Source: an uncultured Bacteroidales bacterium (GTDB lineage: Bacteria; Bacteroidota; Bacteroidia; Bacteroidales; JAIOZK01). Taken from it: a stretch of DNA of 63,143 nucleotides. Shown here piece after piece: positions 50,609-61,096 of the stretch. The position numbers and the translations under genes are program-made. The notes under the pieces are model-generated. The model saw only the letters and a program-made list of their open reading frames with translations, ran no database searches and was not told where the DNA came from. The stretch covers positions 1 through 63,143 of the forward strand of contig CAZJYD010000009.1 of NCBI GenBank assembly GCA_964550205.1. Reading direction: 5' to 3'. How positions within the stretch are numbered: the stretch's first letter is position 1; every line of letters starts with the position of its first letter.

Positions 50609-53011
50609 TTAACTGAATTCTATTATTGTGATTCCCTGGCCTCCTTTGTCAGGATGGTCATCACGGTATCTTTTAACTTCTTCAATGGTTTTAAGATAAT
50701 CGCGTATTGATTCTCGCAATATCCCATCACCTTTACCATGGATCACTGATACTTCCGGGATGTTTAGAAAAATGGCATTGTCAATAAAATTCCTGACAAT
50801 AGAAAGGGCTTCTTCAGCACGTTTACCCCTTATATCAATAGTAGTTTTGAAATCTTCCATTTTTTTATTCAGGTCATACATAATGTTGCTGTATGAAGAT
50901 CTCTTTCGTTCTGTTTCCTGCCTTGATTTATCCTTATTTACTTTTTGAAGCTTGTTGATGGATGTCCTCATTTTAAATGTATCGAAGGATATCAACGCTT
51001 GATTATTCTTAATTTCAAGTATTTCACCAATCCTTTGCTGTCCACGAATTATAACTTTATCACCTTTTTGCAAAGGACCGGATATTTTTTTATAAGCTGA
51101 TTTTCTTTTTTTATCTCTCGATGAAATACTTTCTATTTTTTCTTTTTGTTTGTCAATCTTCTTTCTCAGTTTTTTAGTTTTCTCCTTCTGGGCTTGTGAT
51201 TCCCTTATTTCCCTGATCGTATTTTCGATCAGTTTATTAGTGTCTGACATAATATCCTGTGCCTTTGCTTTGGCTTCATTCATAATTTTGTTACGCGATT
51301 CCTCAAGCTCTTTTTTAAGTTTTTCATATTTATCGATCATTTCTGAGAGAAATTCATCTGCTACCTTGATTTCTGTTTTTTTCTTGTCGAGTTCTGTTTT
51401 TTCAACTTCCAGTTGCTGAAGCTGTTTTTCAAAATCGAGCTGGGTGCTGCTTGTTTTCTTTTCGGCATTTTTTAATATGCCGGTAGGGAATCCTATCTTC
51501 TCAGCTATCTGAAAAGCAAAAGAGCTTCCGGGTTTTCCGGTTTTAAGCTTGAACAAGGGCTGCAATTTGCGAGTATCAAAAAGCATGGCGCCATTGATGA
51601 TGCCCGGATTGTTATCGGCCATTAGTTTCAAATTAGCATAATGAGTTGTAATAATACCAAAGGCATTTTTCTTATTAAGCTTCTCAAGAACGGCTTCTGC
51701 TATGGCACCTCCTAACTGGGGTTCGGTACCCGATCCGAATTCATCAATAAGAAATAATGAGTGCTTATCAATATTTAATAGGAATTGTTTTATGTTGAGT
51801 AGATGTGAGCTATATGTACTTAAATCATTTTCAATTGATTGTTCATCACCCATGTCGATAAATATTTTTTTGAAGATACCCATTTCAGAATCCGGATTAA
51901 GCGGAACGAGTAATCCGCTCTGCAGCATGTATTGCAGTAAGCCAATTGTCATTAAACATACCGATTTACCACCTGCGTTGGGGCCGGATATAACCAGTAT
52001 TCTACGGGTTTGATTAAGCTCAAGATCAAGGGGGACAATCTGTTTTTGTTGTTCTTTATAAGAAAGGTATAATAAAGGATGTTTTGCATTAAATAATTGA
52101 AATAAATGATCGTCTGATACTTTTGGCTTGTCAGCTTCTATGGAGTTGGCAAACAGAGCCTTGGCACGGATAAGATCAATCTCTCCCAGGAATTGATATG
52201 ATCTGATAATATCATTGATTGATGGCCTGATGAATTGGGCAAAACCTAATAGTATTTTAGTGATTTCGCGTTTTTCGGCATTTTCAAGATCCCTTATTTC
52301 ATTATTAACATCGAATACTTCTGCCGGTTCAATAAAAACAGTTTGCCCTGATGATGATTCATCATGAATAAAACCTTTTATTTTTCTTTTATCGGAGGCT
52401 TTAACCGGAATGACCAGCCGTCCGCTTCTGATAGTCGGCTCTGCATCGCTTTGAGTCCAGCCTGCTTTTTGAGCTGCCCTTATTGAGCTGTTGATCTTGT
52501 GCTCAATCTGCGAACGCTTACTAATAAGATCCGATCTTATCTGTTTTAGTTTTTTGGAGGCATCATCCCTTATCCTTACTTTTTCATCAATAATGATATC
52601 AATCCTGTCAAATATCTCATTCGGAATAAAAATATCTGAAATGATTTCCTTCAACCTGGGGTATTTTTCATCATCAAGACCTTTTATGTATAATATAATT
52701 TCATGTATAGTGCGGAGTGATATCTTCAAATTATAGAGTTGTTCCGGATCGAAGAATGTTCCTTCAGTCCTGAGTCGTTTAAGATCAGGTATAAGATTCA
52801 TGTAATCCTGGGATGGAAAAACCCCTTCGATATTTATTATATTTTGGAATTCATGAACCTGCTCAAGTAACTTAGTTATGGTATAAAAATCAGTATAAAA
52901 TGTGATGTCTTCAACATTTTCTTCTCCCAATGAGCACAGGCAATGGGTTTTCAGAAGTTTTCTAATGGTTGTGAAACCTATCTTTTCTTCAAAATTTTCA
53001 GGATATATCAT
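50609..53011 (-). CDS. mutS2: Endonuclease/ribosome-collision factor MutS2
   Basis: MIYPENFEEKIGF start, SGPNAGGKS, LSTYSSHL, DEFGSGTEP, TTHY; Smr domain IHGKGDGILR. Confidence 0.95.
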   Translation of the reverse strand: MIYPENFEEKIGFTTIRKLLKTHCLCSLGEENVEDITFYTDFYTITKLLEQVHEFQNIINIEGVFPSQDYMNLIPDLKRLRTEGTFFDPEQLYNLKISLRTIHEIILYIKGLDDEKYPRLKEIISDIFIPNEIFDRIDIIIDEKVRIRDDASKKLKQIRSDLISKRSQIEHKINSSIRAAQKAGWTQSDAEPTIRSGRLVIPVKASDKRKIKGFIHDESSSGQTVFIEPAEVFDVNNEIRDLENAEKREITKILLGFAQFIRPSINDIIRSYQFLGEIDLIRAKALFANSIEADKPKVSDDHLFQLFNAKHPLLYLSYKEQQKQIVPLDLELNQTRRILVISGPNAGGKSVCLMTIGLLQYMLQSGLLVPLNPDSEMGIFKKIFIDMGDEQSIENDLSTYSSHLLNIKQFLLNIDKHSLFLIDEFGSGTEPQLGGAIAEAVLEKLNKKNAFGIITTHYANLKLMADNNPGIINGAMLFDTRKLQPLFKLKTGKPGSSFAFQIAEKIGFPTGILKNAEKKTSSTQLDFEKQLQQLEVEKTELDKKKTEIKVADEFLSEMIDKYEKLKKELEESRNKIMNEAKAKAQDIMSDTNKLIENTIREIRESQAQKEKTKKLRKKIDKQKEKIESISSRDKKRKSAYKKISGPLQKGDKVIIRGQQRIGEILEIKNNQALISFDTFKMRTSINKLQKVNKDKSRQETERKRSSYSNIMYDLNKKMEDFKTTIDIRGKRAEEALSIVRNFIDNAIFLNIPEVSVIHGKGDGILRESIRDYLKTIEEVKRYRDDHPDKGGQGITIIEFS

Positions 53012-53274
53012 TATTACAAAATTACAAAATCGCTTAAAATGTTTATATTTATCTTTATCTCTTCTACAATAATTTGATCCTGACGGGATCAATTAATCTC
53101 TGCGAAATACTTAAGAATAAATTTATATTATTATCAAAAAATTTTATATGCATATGACTTCGTGGAAGAAACATTACTGTAGAAAATTTTGACAAGATAA
53201 TAATACGACTTCCTATAAGTCGCATTATAAAAAGGTAAAACAAGTAAAGACATGCTATTATAATCAAAGAAAGA

Positions 53275-53415
53275 GTCTTTTTCAGTGATAATTATTTTGA
53301 TTTGTTACCAGGAAAAGAAAGAAAACTTATTTTTACTCCCGATTTTAAAAATGAAGATATAACGGAAAGGCTGAAGTTTATTTCGTTGAATGATATACTT
53401 CTTGAGAGGAATTAA
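53275..53415 (+). pseudogene. C-terminal remnant of a GH2 beta-mannosidase-like gene
   Basis: Start-less frame FFSDNYFDLLPGKERK...SLNDILLERN* immediately before the sugar MFS gene. Confidence 0.65.
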
Positions 53416-53439
53416 TTAGAAATAACAAAATGACCGTTT

Positions 53440-54612
53440 ATGAGTATTGAAAAGCAGGCATTCAGATACACTTCTGTTCCGGTGTTCTTTTCATTTTTAT
53501 GTATGGGCTTTGGTGATGCTGTTGGTCCTTTTGTTGGATTGGCAAAGGAAGAGTTCCAGCTTTCTAATTTTATGGCGGGATTGATTGCTTTCTTTGGATT
53601 TATCATGTTTGGATTGCTTTCCATACCCATGAGTATTTACCAGGATAAAAAAAGTAAAAAGTTCATTCTTTTTCTGGGACTGATCATAGCTTTTATTGGA
53701 TTAATAATACCGGTAATTGGAGGCCTGAATTCTTTAGGATTATTATTGATCACTGTTTTGCTTCTGGGCACCGGTGCTACTATATTGCAGGTAGCAGGTA
53801 ACCCCATCATGAGGGATGTTTCACCTGAAGGGAAGTATTCACAAAATCTTTCACTCGGACAGTTTGTTAAAGCTATCGGCTCTCTTTCCGGAGCAGTTAT
53901 ACCGCCCATTGCGGTAGCATATTTCGATAAAGATTGGAAGATATTGTTTCCTATATATTCTTCCATTATTCTCATTACGATTATTCTGTTATCACTGAGC
54001 AAAATCAAGGAGAAAAAATATGAAGATACAGTACCGGCATCCATGAAAAGTTGTTTTCAGCTTTTGTTTAAGAACAGGTATGTTTTAATGATGGTTAGCG
54101 GTATTTTTTTGTATGTAGGTGCGGAAGTTTCCGTAAGTCAGGGAGTGCCGTTATATTTCGAAGAACAATTCGGAATAAATATTTCCGAAAAAGGTTTGCT
54201 CGGGACAGGAATATTTTTTACCTTTCTGATGATAGGCAGATTCCTGGGAGGTGTTATTCTTAACTGGGTATCCCCAAAAAAATTTCTGATCGCTACTGCG
54301 ATAACAGGCATATTGGGAGTATTGGGATTGTTTTCAGGAATACAGGCAATTGCAATAACGGCTGTAGTTATAATGGGATTGGGTTTTGCAAATGTTTTTC
54401 CATTGATATTTTCAATCACAGTTGACAAGATACCACAAAGAACCAATGAGCTGTCCGGTTTAATGGTAACAGCTATTGTTGGCGGGGCCATTGTGCCCTT
54501 GCTTATGAATGGTATAGCAGATATTAGTTCAGTTCTGGTTGGGTTTGTTATTCCTTTATGCTGTTTAGTTTATGTTTTATATGTTGGATTAAAGAATTTA
54601 ATATCAGTTTAA
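53440..54612 (+). CDS. FucP/GluP-like sugar MFS transporter
   Basis: LQVAGNP, FLYVGAEV, GRFLG, AIVGGAIVP. Confidence 0.88.
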   Translation: MSIEKQAFRYTSVPVFFSFLCMGFGDAVGPFVGLAKEEFQLSNFMAGLIAFFGFIMFGLLSIPMSIYQDKKSKKFILFLGLIIAFIGLIIPVIGGLNSLGLLLITVLLLGTGATILQVAGNPIMRDVSPEGKYSQNLSLGQFVKAIGSLSGAVIPPIAVAYFDKDWKILFPIYSSIILITIILLSLSKIKEKKYEDTVPASMKSCFQLLFKNRYVLMMVSGIFLYVGAEVSVSQGVPLYFEEQFGINISEKGLLGTGIFFTFLMIGRFLGGVILNWVSPKKFLIATAITGILGVLGLFSGIQAIAITAVVIMGLGFANVFPLIFSITVDKIPQRTNELSGLMVTAIVGGAIVPLLMNGIADISSVLVGFVIPLCCLVYVLYVGLKNLISV

Positions 54613-54621
54613 TAATAAGAT

Positions 54622-55608
54622 ATGTTTAACAGAAGAGTATTTATAACAAAGTCGGTTTTGGCTGCTGCAGGGTTTTCTATAATAGCAAACAAGATAAGAG
54701 CAGGTATTTTAAATGGTAAGTTATTCGGATCAAATAATGGAAAGCCTTTGGTTATTTCAACCTGGAAGCATGGTTTGGATGCTAATGAAACCGCATGGAA
54801 AATAATATCTGAAGGTGGTACTGCGCTGGATGCCTCTGAAAAGGGAGTTATGGTAGTTGAAGAAGATCCGAACTCCAAAAGTGTAGGTTATGGTGGCTTG
54901 CCCGACAGGGATGGTTATGTTACCCTTGATGCAAGTATCATGGATTATAATGGAAATTGTGGATCAGTGTGTTTTATTAGAGATATAAAACACCCGGTTT
55001 CTGTTGCAAGGATGGTAATGGAAAAAACTCCTCATGTGATGCTTGCAGGAGATGGAGCCAGACAGTTTGCACTTAATAATGGATTTGAGTTGGAAAATCT
55101 GCTTACGAAAGCATCGAAGAAAGACTGGGAAAAATGGAAACAAAAAGCAAAGTACCAGCCCGAAGTAAACTTTGAAAATCATGATACTATTGGTTTGATA
55201 GCTCTTGATGAATATGGTCATATTGCAGGTGCATGCACAACAAGCGGCATGCCCTACAAAATGCATGGCAGGGTGGGGGATTCACCGATTATCGGTGCCG
55301 GCTTGTATGTTGATGGAAATGTTGGAGCAGCTGCAGCTACCGGTCATGGTGAATATGTGATGAAAACTTTGGGAAGTTTTTTAATTGTTGAATTGATGAG
55401 AAACGGTATGAGCCCCGAGAATGCTTGTAAGGAAGCCGTAAGGAGAATTGAAAGAATGGCCGGAGAAGAAAAAGGTATACAGGTTGGATTTCTGGCAGTT
55501 AAAATAAATGGGGAATACGGAACTTATGCTTTACGAAAAGGTTTTAAATATGCACTTTTCAATAATACCAAAAATAAACTATATAACTCCGGATTTTTAA
55601 CAGAATAA
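54622..55608 (+). CDS. N(4)-(beta-N-acetylglucosaminyl)-L-asparaginase (Ntn hydrolase)
   Basis: Tat-like NRRVFI leader, SVGYGGLPD, HD|TIG autoprocessing site, GRVGDSP. Confidence 0.92.
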   Translation: MFNRRVFITKSVLAAAGFSIIANKIRAGILNGKLFGSNNGKPLVISTWKHGLDANETAWKIISEGGTALDASEKGVMVVEEDPNSKSVGYGGLPDRDGYVTLDASIMDYNGNCGSVCFIRDIKHPVSVARMVMEKTPHVMLAGDGARQFALNNGFELENLLTKASKKDWEKWKQKAKYQPEVNFENHDTIGLIALDEYGHIAGACTTSGMPYKMHGRVGDSPIIGAGLYVDGNVGAAAATGHGEYVMKTLGSFLIVELMRNGMSPENACKEAVRRIERMAGEEKGIQVGFLAVKINGEYGTYALRKGFKYALFNNTKNKLYNSGFLTE

Positions 55609-55672
55609 AATTTTGTAATACTATTATTTTATTAAAAGACGTTTTTTTAACAAATCACTAAAATTACAAGTT

Positions 55673-57670
55673 ATGCGCAAAGTTACTTCTATGCTTATTG
55701 TATTTGTTTATGCAATTTCAAATATTAATGCACAAATAGATATTTCTGAAAAAGGCTCATATCAATGCTGGAAGGCTAAGGTAAGCAAGCCCCGTCATTA
55801 TCATCAATTAAAAAGCCCTAATACACCAAAACATAAATATGATGTGTTGAATTATGAATTGAACCTTGATTTATATGATAATTTCTTTAGTCCTTATCCA
55901 CAAGGCTACACTGCAAGTAATATTATTACATTCCGTGTAGATACTGCATTGAATGAAATCAAACTGGATGCTGTTAATTCATCCCTTCAGATTAATGGAG
56001 TTGGTTTATCAGGGCAGTTATTTATACATGACGATGATACATTAACGATTACACTCGACAGGGTTTATAATCCCGGAGAGGAGGTTGAGGTTAGTATTGA
56101 TTTTACTCACAAGGATGTTGAAGATGGTGCTTTTTTTGCAGGTGGTGGTTTTGTTTTTACTGATTGTGAACCCGAAGGTGCAAGGCACTGGTTTCCATGC
56201 TATGACAGACCAGCGGATAAAGCAACTCTGGATTTAACAGCCAAAGTGCCTTTTTCAGTATTGCTTGGTTCTAATGGCAGGTTGGCTGATTCCACAACAT
56301 CAGGCGATACAACATGGTTTAACTGGATAAGCCGTGATCCTATAGCAACATATATCATGGTAATTTCTGCTAAAGTCGACTGGAATCTTGACATAGTATA
56401 CTGGCAAAGACCTTCGGATAGAAACGACAGTATGCCTATAAGATTTTATTATAACGACGGGGAAGACCCCTCATATATTGAAGGCCAAATTCCGCTGATG
56501 GCAGATTATTTTTCTGAGCATTATGGGGAACATCCATTTGAAAAGGACGGTTTCGCAACACTTAATAATGAATTTCCCTGGGGAGGAATGGAAAACCAGA
56601 CCTTAACAAGTTTATGTCCCAATTGCTGGAATGAAATGCTTGTTGCCCACGAATTTGCCCATCAGTGGTTTGGCGATATGATAAGCCCGGGTACATGGGC
56701 AGACCTTTGGCTGAATGAAGGATTTGCTACATGGTCAGAAGCTTTATGGCTTGAAAACAGCGGTGGATACTCTGCCTATAAAAATGATATTCGGAATAAT
56801 GCTAATTATTATAAGTATGCCAATCCGGGATGGCCTGTATATAATCCCGAATGGGCAGAGACAACTCCTCCCAAAAATGTTTTATTTAATTATGCAATTA
56901 CATATTGTAAAAGCTCATGTGTTTTACACCTCTTGAGATATGTTCTGGGTGATGATGATTTTTTCCAGGCAATATACGATTACGCTACCGATACAACAGA
57001 CTTTAAATATAAGAATGCTGTTACTGAAGATTTTATTGATAAAATTGAAGAATCATCAGGTGAAGAACTTGACTGGTTTTTTGATGAGTGGGTATATGGA
57101 CCGAATCATCCAATATACGAAAATGAGTACAATTTTATTGACAATGGAAATGGTACCTGGGATGTGAATTTTTTTGTTAATCAGGTACAAACCAATGCTG
57201 ATTTCTTTAAAATGCCAGTTGAAATATACCTTTATTTCATAGATGCAAGCGATACAAATATAAGGATGATGAATGATGAAAATGAACAGTTGTTTACTTT
57301 TACTTTTAATAAGGAACCTGTTTACATATTTTTTGATTTTGATAACGAGATTGTTTTAAAGGAAGCCTCGCTTCATGTGGGAATTGATAATAACAACATT
57401 GCAAATAACAACTTCATGCTTTATCAGAATCATCCGAATCCTGCGCATGATCAAACAACCATATCTTACTCTTTACCTTATGATACGAAAGTTAAGCTGG
57501 CAGTTTTTGACCTGACAGGTAAAAAAGTAATGGATCTCATCGACGAAAATCAGACAAGAGGAACATATGTTTTAAAGCCGGACGTCACGAAACTTGATGC
57601 AGGTATTTATTATTACCGGATTGATGCAGGTAATTATAGTGATTCGAAGAGAATGGTTGTTGCAAAATAA
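55673..57670 (+). CDS. M1 family aminopeptidase with T9SS CTD
   Basis: GGMEN, HEFAH...LNEGFA, QNHPNP...GIYYY...KRMVV. Confidence 0.92.
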   Translation: MRKVTSMLIVFVYAISNINAQIDISEKGSYQCWKAKVSKPRHYHQLKSPNTPKHKYDVLNYELNLDLYDNFFSPYPQGYTASNIITFRVDTALNEIKLDAVNSSLQINGVGLSGQLFIHDDDTLTITLDRVYNPGEEVEVSIDFTHKDVEDGAFFAGGGFVFTDCEPEGARHWFPCYDRPADKATLDLTAKVPFSVLLGSNGRLADSTTSGDTTWFNWISRDPIATYIMVISAKVDWNLDIVYWQRPSDRNDSMPIRFYYNDGEDPSYIEGQIPLMADYFSEHYGEHPFEKDGFATLNNEFPWGGMENQTLTSLCPNCWNEMLVAHEFAHQWFGDMISPGTWADLWLNEGFATWSEALWLENSGGYSAYKNDIRNNANYYKYANPGWPVYNPEWAETTPPKNVLFNYAITYCKSSCVLHLLRYVLGDDDFFQAIYDYATDTTDFKYKNAVTEDFIDKIEESSGEELDWFFDEWVYGPNHPIYENEYNFIDNGNGTWDVNFFVNQVQTNADFFKMPVEIYLYFIDASDTNIRMMNDENEQLFTFTFNKEPVYIFFDFDNEIVLKEASLHVGIDNNNIANNNFMLYQNHPNPAHDQTTISYSLPYDTKVKLAVFDLTGKKVMDLIDENQTRGTYVLKPDVTKLDAGIYYYRIDAGNYSDSKRMVVAK

Positions 57671-57747
57671 CTTATTCAATTCATCCTTTATTGATTTACT
57701 TTTTCTGTTTAAAACCTTAATTTTGATTTTTTCAAAAATTAATTATC

Positions 57748-60705
57748 ATGAAAAAATTATTTATACTGTTATTTATAGGCGGCTTTATTGTTTTGTTAGG
57801 CTGTTCAAGAGAGAAAACCCCTTATGATTATGTTGACCCATTTATCGGTACTGGCGGACACGGCCACACTTTTCCGGGGGCCACCATGCCTTTCGGAATG
57901 GTTCAGTTAAGTCCTGATACAAGAAAAGACAGCTGGGACGGTTGCTCAGGATACCATTATTCTGATAATACAATTATGGGATTCAGTCATACCCATCTTA
58001 GCGGAACAGGAGTGGGGGATTATGGCGACATACGCTTCATGCCCACTACGGGTGTGTTGAAACTGGATCCGGGAACGGCAGAAGATCCTCAATCTGGCTA
58101 CAGATCAAGGTTTAGTCATCGCGATGAAGATGCTTCTCCGGGATATTATTCGGTTGAGCTGGAAGATTATGATATTGATGTTGAACTCACTGCTACAAAG
58201 CGTTGTAGCTTTCATAAATATATTTTTCCAAAAACCAACAGCGCTCATGTGATTATTGATCTTGTTGAGGGGATTACATCGGATAAGATTGAATTTCTTG
58301 AGATACAGGTTTTAGACGATCAAACCTTCACAGGCATCAGAAAAACAGATGGATGGGCTGATGATCAGCGGATTTATTTTCATGCAGTTTTTTCTAAACC
58401 ATTTTATGATTACGGTATAACGAAGGGTAATAATATTTTTAAAAGCCTTGAAAAAGTATATAGCGATAACATAAAAGCATTTTTCAATTTCAAAACCGAA
58501 AAAAATGAGGAGTTATTGATTAAGGTTGGAATTTCTGCTGTCAGTGTTGAGGGGGCAAGAAAAAACCTGATGGCGGAGATACCAGGATGGAATTTTAGTA
58601 AAATCAGAAAAAATGCGAGGAGAACATGGGAAGAACAACTCAATAAAATTGAAGTTGTAGGAAGCAGGAAAGACAGAACTATTTTTTATACTGCCTTGTA
58701 CCATTGTTTTATAGCACCAAATTTATTCACAGATGTTGACGGGCGGTATCGTGGTCATGATGGTGAACACCATAAGGCTGAAGGTTTTAATATGTATACC
58801 GTTTTTTCTCTTTGGGATACTTTCCGTGCCGAACATCCTTTGTTGACATTAATTGAAAGAGAGCGTACCAAAAATTTTATCAAATCAATGTATGATATTT
58901 ATGAGAAGGGCGGATTGCTTCCGGTGTGGGAACTGGCTGGTAATGAAACCAATTGTATGATAGGCTACCATTCGGTTCCGGTTATAACTGATGCTTATAT
59001 TAAAGGCATCAGGGATTTCGTAGTCAGGGAAACATATGATGCCATGCGCAGAAGTGCTATTGATAATCAGTTCGGACTGAAATGGTACAAAAAGTACGGA
59101 TATATTCCATCCGACAAAGAAGGTGAATCAGTATCAAAAACTCTTGAATATGCTTATGATGATTGGTGCATTGCACAAATGGCCAGGGAGCTTGGAAGAG
59201 AGAATGAATATGAGAAGTACATTGAACGGGCACAGTACTACAAAAATTTGTTTGATAAGGAAACCGGTTTTATACGTGGCAAACGCAACGGAATGTTCAC
59301 TGAACCTTTTGATCCTTCCGAAGTGAACTTTATGCTAACCGAAGCTAATACATGGCAATACAACTTTTTTGTCCCGCAGGATATAAATGGTTTTATTGGA
59401 TTATACGATGGACCTGAAAACTTTACAAAGAAGCTTGATGAAATGTTCAGTGCAAAAGAATATCTTAGCGGGCGTCATCAGGTTGATATAACAGGTCTTA
59501 TCGGGCAATACGCCCATGGTAATGAACCCAGTCACCATATGGCATATTTGTATGATTATGCAGGCGAGCCATGGAAAGCTCAGCATTATGTTCACCGCAT
59601 TATTGAAGAGCATTATTCCGATAAACCTGATGGCTTAAGTGGCAATGAAGACTGTGGTCAGATGTCGGCATGGTATGTATTGAGCTCTTTGGGATTTTAT
59701 CCTGTTACTCCTGGTGATACTATTTATGCCATTGGTACACCCGTTTTTCAGGAAGCCGTAATCAATCTGGAAAACGGAAATGAATTTATAATTAAGGCTA
59801 CGAATGTTTCACCAGGTAATTATTATATACAATCAGCCAGATTGAACGGAGAAGAATACAATAAGTGTTATATATCACATCAGGATATTATGAAGGGCGG
59901 GGAATTGGTTTTCGATATGGGCTCTCAACCCAATAAAAAATGGGGAACAGGCGCCGGCAATATGCCTGTTTCTTTGATTGATGAACATTTAATAACACCT
60001 GTTCCCTTTTTTGATGCTCCATCTCATGCTTTTACAAAACAGATGCAAATTGAGATAAAAGACATACTTGATGATGTAAAAATATACTATACTCTTGATG
60101 GGCAGGAACCCGACAGGAATTCACATCTTTATAAAAAGCCTTTCACTATTGATAAAACAACCGTTATTAAAGCATTTGCCAAAAAGAAGAACATGAAGAG
60201 AAGCAAAACAGTGGAAGCTGAGTTCATTAAGATACCTGGAAACAGGGAGGTTTATCTGAATACGGAATACAGTACGCAATATACCGGAGGTGGTAAAATT
60301 GCATTAATTGACGGTTTAAGGGGAGGAAAAAATTTCAGGGCTGCAGGCTGGCAGGGATATCAAGGATCCGACCTTGATGCAATCATTGATCTGGGAAAAG
60401 TACAAAAAGTGAATAAAATAGCGGTTGGTTTTTTACAGGATCAGCGCTCGTGGATATTTATGCCTCCGGCGCTTGATTTTTATATTTCGGAAGATGGAAA
60501 GAACTACAGGCATATAGGAAAGCTAGAAAACTCAATTTCCCCTGAATACAAAGGTGTAATTATTGATGATTATGTTCTTGATGATATTAACCGCAGGGCG
60601 CGATATGTCAAGGTAAAAGCCAAAAATATCGGCAAAAATCCCGAATGGCACAACAGCCCCGGCAAAAAATCATGGTTATTTGTTGATGAGGTTATTGTTG
60701 AATAA
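57748..60705 (+). CDS. GH92 alpha-mannosidase lipoprotein with C-terminal Fn3-like and F5/8-type domains
   Basis: Lipobox LLGC; HTFPGATMPFGMVQLSPDT, SKTLEYAYDD, HGNEPSHH, GNEDCGQMSAW. Confidence 0.95.
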   Translation: MKKLFILLFIGGFIVLLGCSREKTPYDYVDPFIGTGGHGHTFPGATMPFGMVQLSPDTRKDSWDGCSGYHYSDNTIMGFSHTHLSGTGVGDYGDIRFMPTTGVLKLDPGTAEDPQSGYRSRFSHRDEDASPGYYSVELEDYDIDVELTATKRCSFHKYIFPKTNSAHVIIDLVEGITSDKIEFLEIQVLDDQTFTGIRKTDGWADDQRIYFHAVFSKPFYDYGITKGNNIFKSLEKVYSDNIKAFFNFKTEKNEELLIKVGISAVSVEGARKNLMAEIPGWNFSKIRKNARRTWEEQLNKIEVVGSRKDRTIFYTALYHCFIAPNLFTDVDGRYRGHDGEHHKAEGFNMYTVFSLWDTFRAEHPLLTLIERERTKNFIKSMYDIYEKGGLLPVWELAGNETNCMIGYHSVPVITDAYIKGIRDFVVRETYDAMRRSAIDNQFGLKWYKKYGYIPSDKEGESVSKTLEYAYDDWCIAQMARELGRENEYEKYIERAQYYKNLFDKETGFIRGKRNGMFTEPFDPSEVNFMLTEANTWQYNFFVPQDINGFIGLYDGPENFTKKLDEMFSAKEYLSGRHQVDITGLIGQYAHGNEPSHHMAYLYDYAGEPWKAQHYVHRIIEEHYSDKPDGLSGNEDCGQMSAWYVLSSLGFYPVTPGDTIYAIGTPVFQEAVINLENGNEFIIKATNVSPGNYYIQSARLNGEEYNKCYISHQDIMKGGELVFDMGSQPNKKWGTGAGNMPVSLIDEHLITPVPFFDAPSHAFTKQMQIEIKDILDDVKIYYTLDGQEPDRNSHLYKKPFTIDKTTVIKAFAKKKNMKRSKTVEAEFIKIPGNREVYLNTEYSTQYTGGGKIALIDGLRGGKNFRAAGWQGYQGSDLDAIIDLGKVQKVNKIAVGFLQDQRSWIFMPPALDFYISEDGKNYRHIGKLENSISPEYKGVIIDDYVLDDINRRARYVKVKAKNIGKNPEWHNSPGKKSWLFVDEVIVE

Positions 60706-60723
60706 GATTTCATTGTTTACCAT

Positions 60724-60840
60724 GTGAAACGCTTCGAAGAAGCTGTTTCACTGTGGTTCCATTGTTATACCTTCCGGATCCGCCGGTAGGCGGAGAAGGC
60801 AGGTTCAATTGCTCCATTGTTCGATTGTTTAATTGTTAGA
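60724..60840. repeat. Hairpins and ATTGTT-based octamer repeats downstream of GH92
   Basis: GTGAAAC-GCTTC/GAAGC-T-GTTTCAC hairpin; TCCGCC/GGCGGA hairpin; ccattgtt/cgattgtt/taattgtt units. Confidence 0.55.
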
Positions 60841-61096
60841 CCAAACCCATGTTCATATCGCATTCAATTTACTTTGGGTGTTTTTCAATGACAGGTGATT
60901 TCCTTTTATATGGAGGAGTACCTTTTTTCAAATTGATAAATATGTTGTAAATTGCATGGATTGCTTCATTTCATTTTTGTATAAATTGCTCGTATACGTT
61001 TATAGAATCAAATTCTTTTCTTCGATTTTTTTATAAGGATGCTTTATGTTGTTTGTTCATTATGATTTATCCTTCTATTAAAACGTTTTTTTATTT

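Noticed and set aside
53012-53092. N-terminal extension of MutS2 in the ORF track
   Set aside because: Covers the promoter motif; MIYP is the typical start
1170-59613. Numerous 60-150 aa ORFs overlapping core genes
   Set aside because: Antisense or off-frame shadows without recognisable motifs
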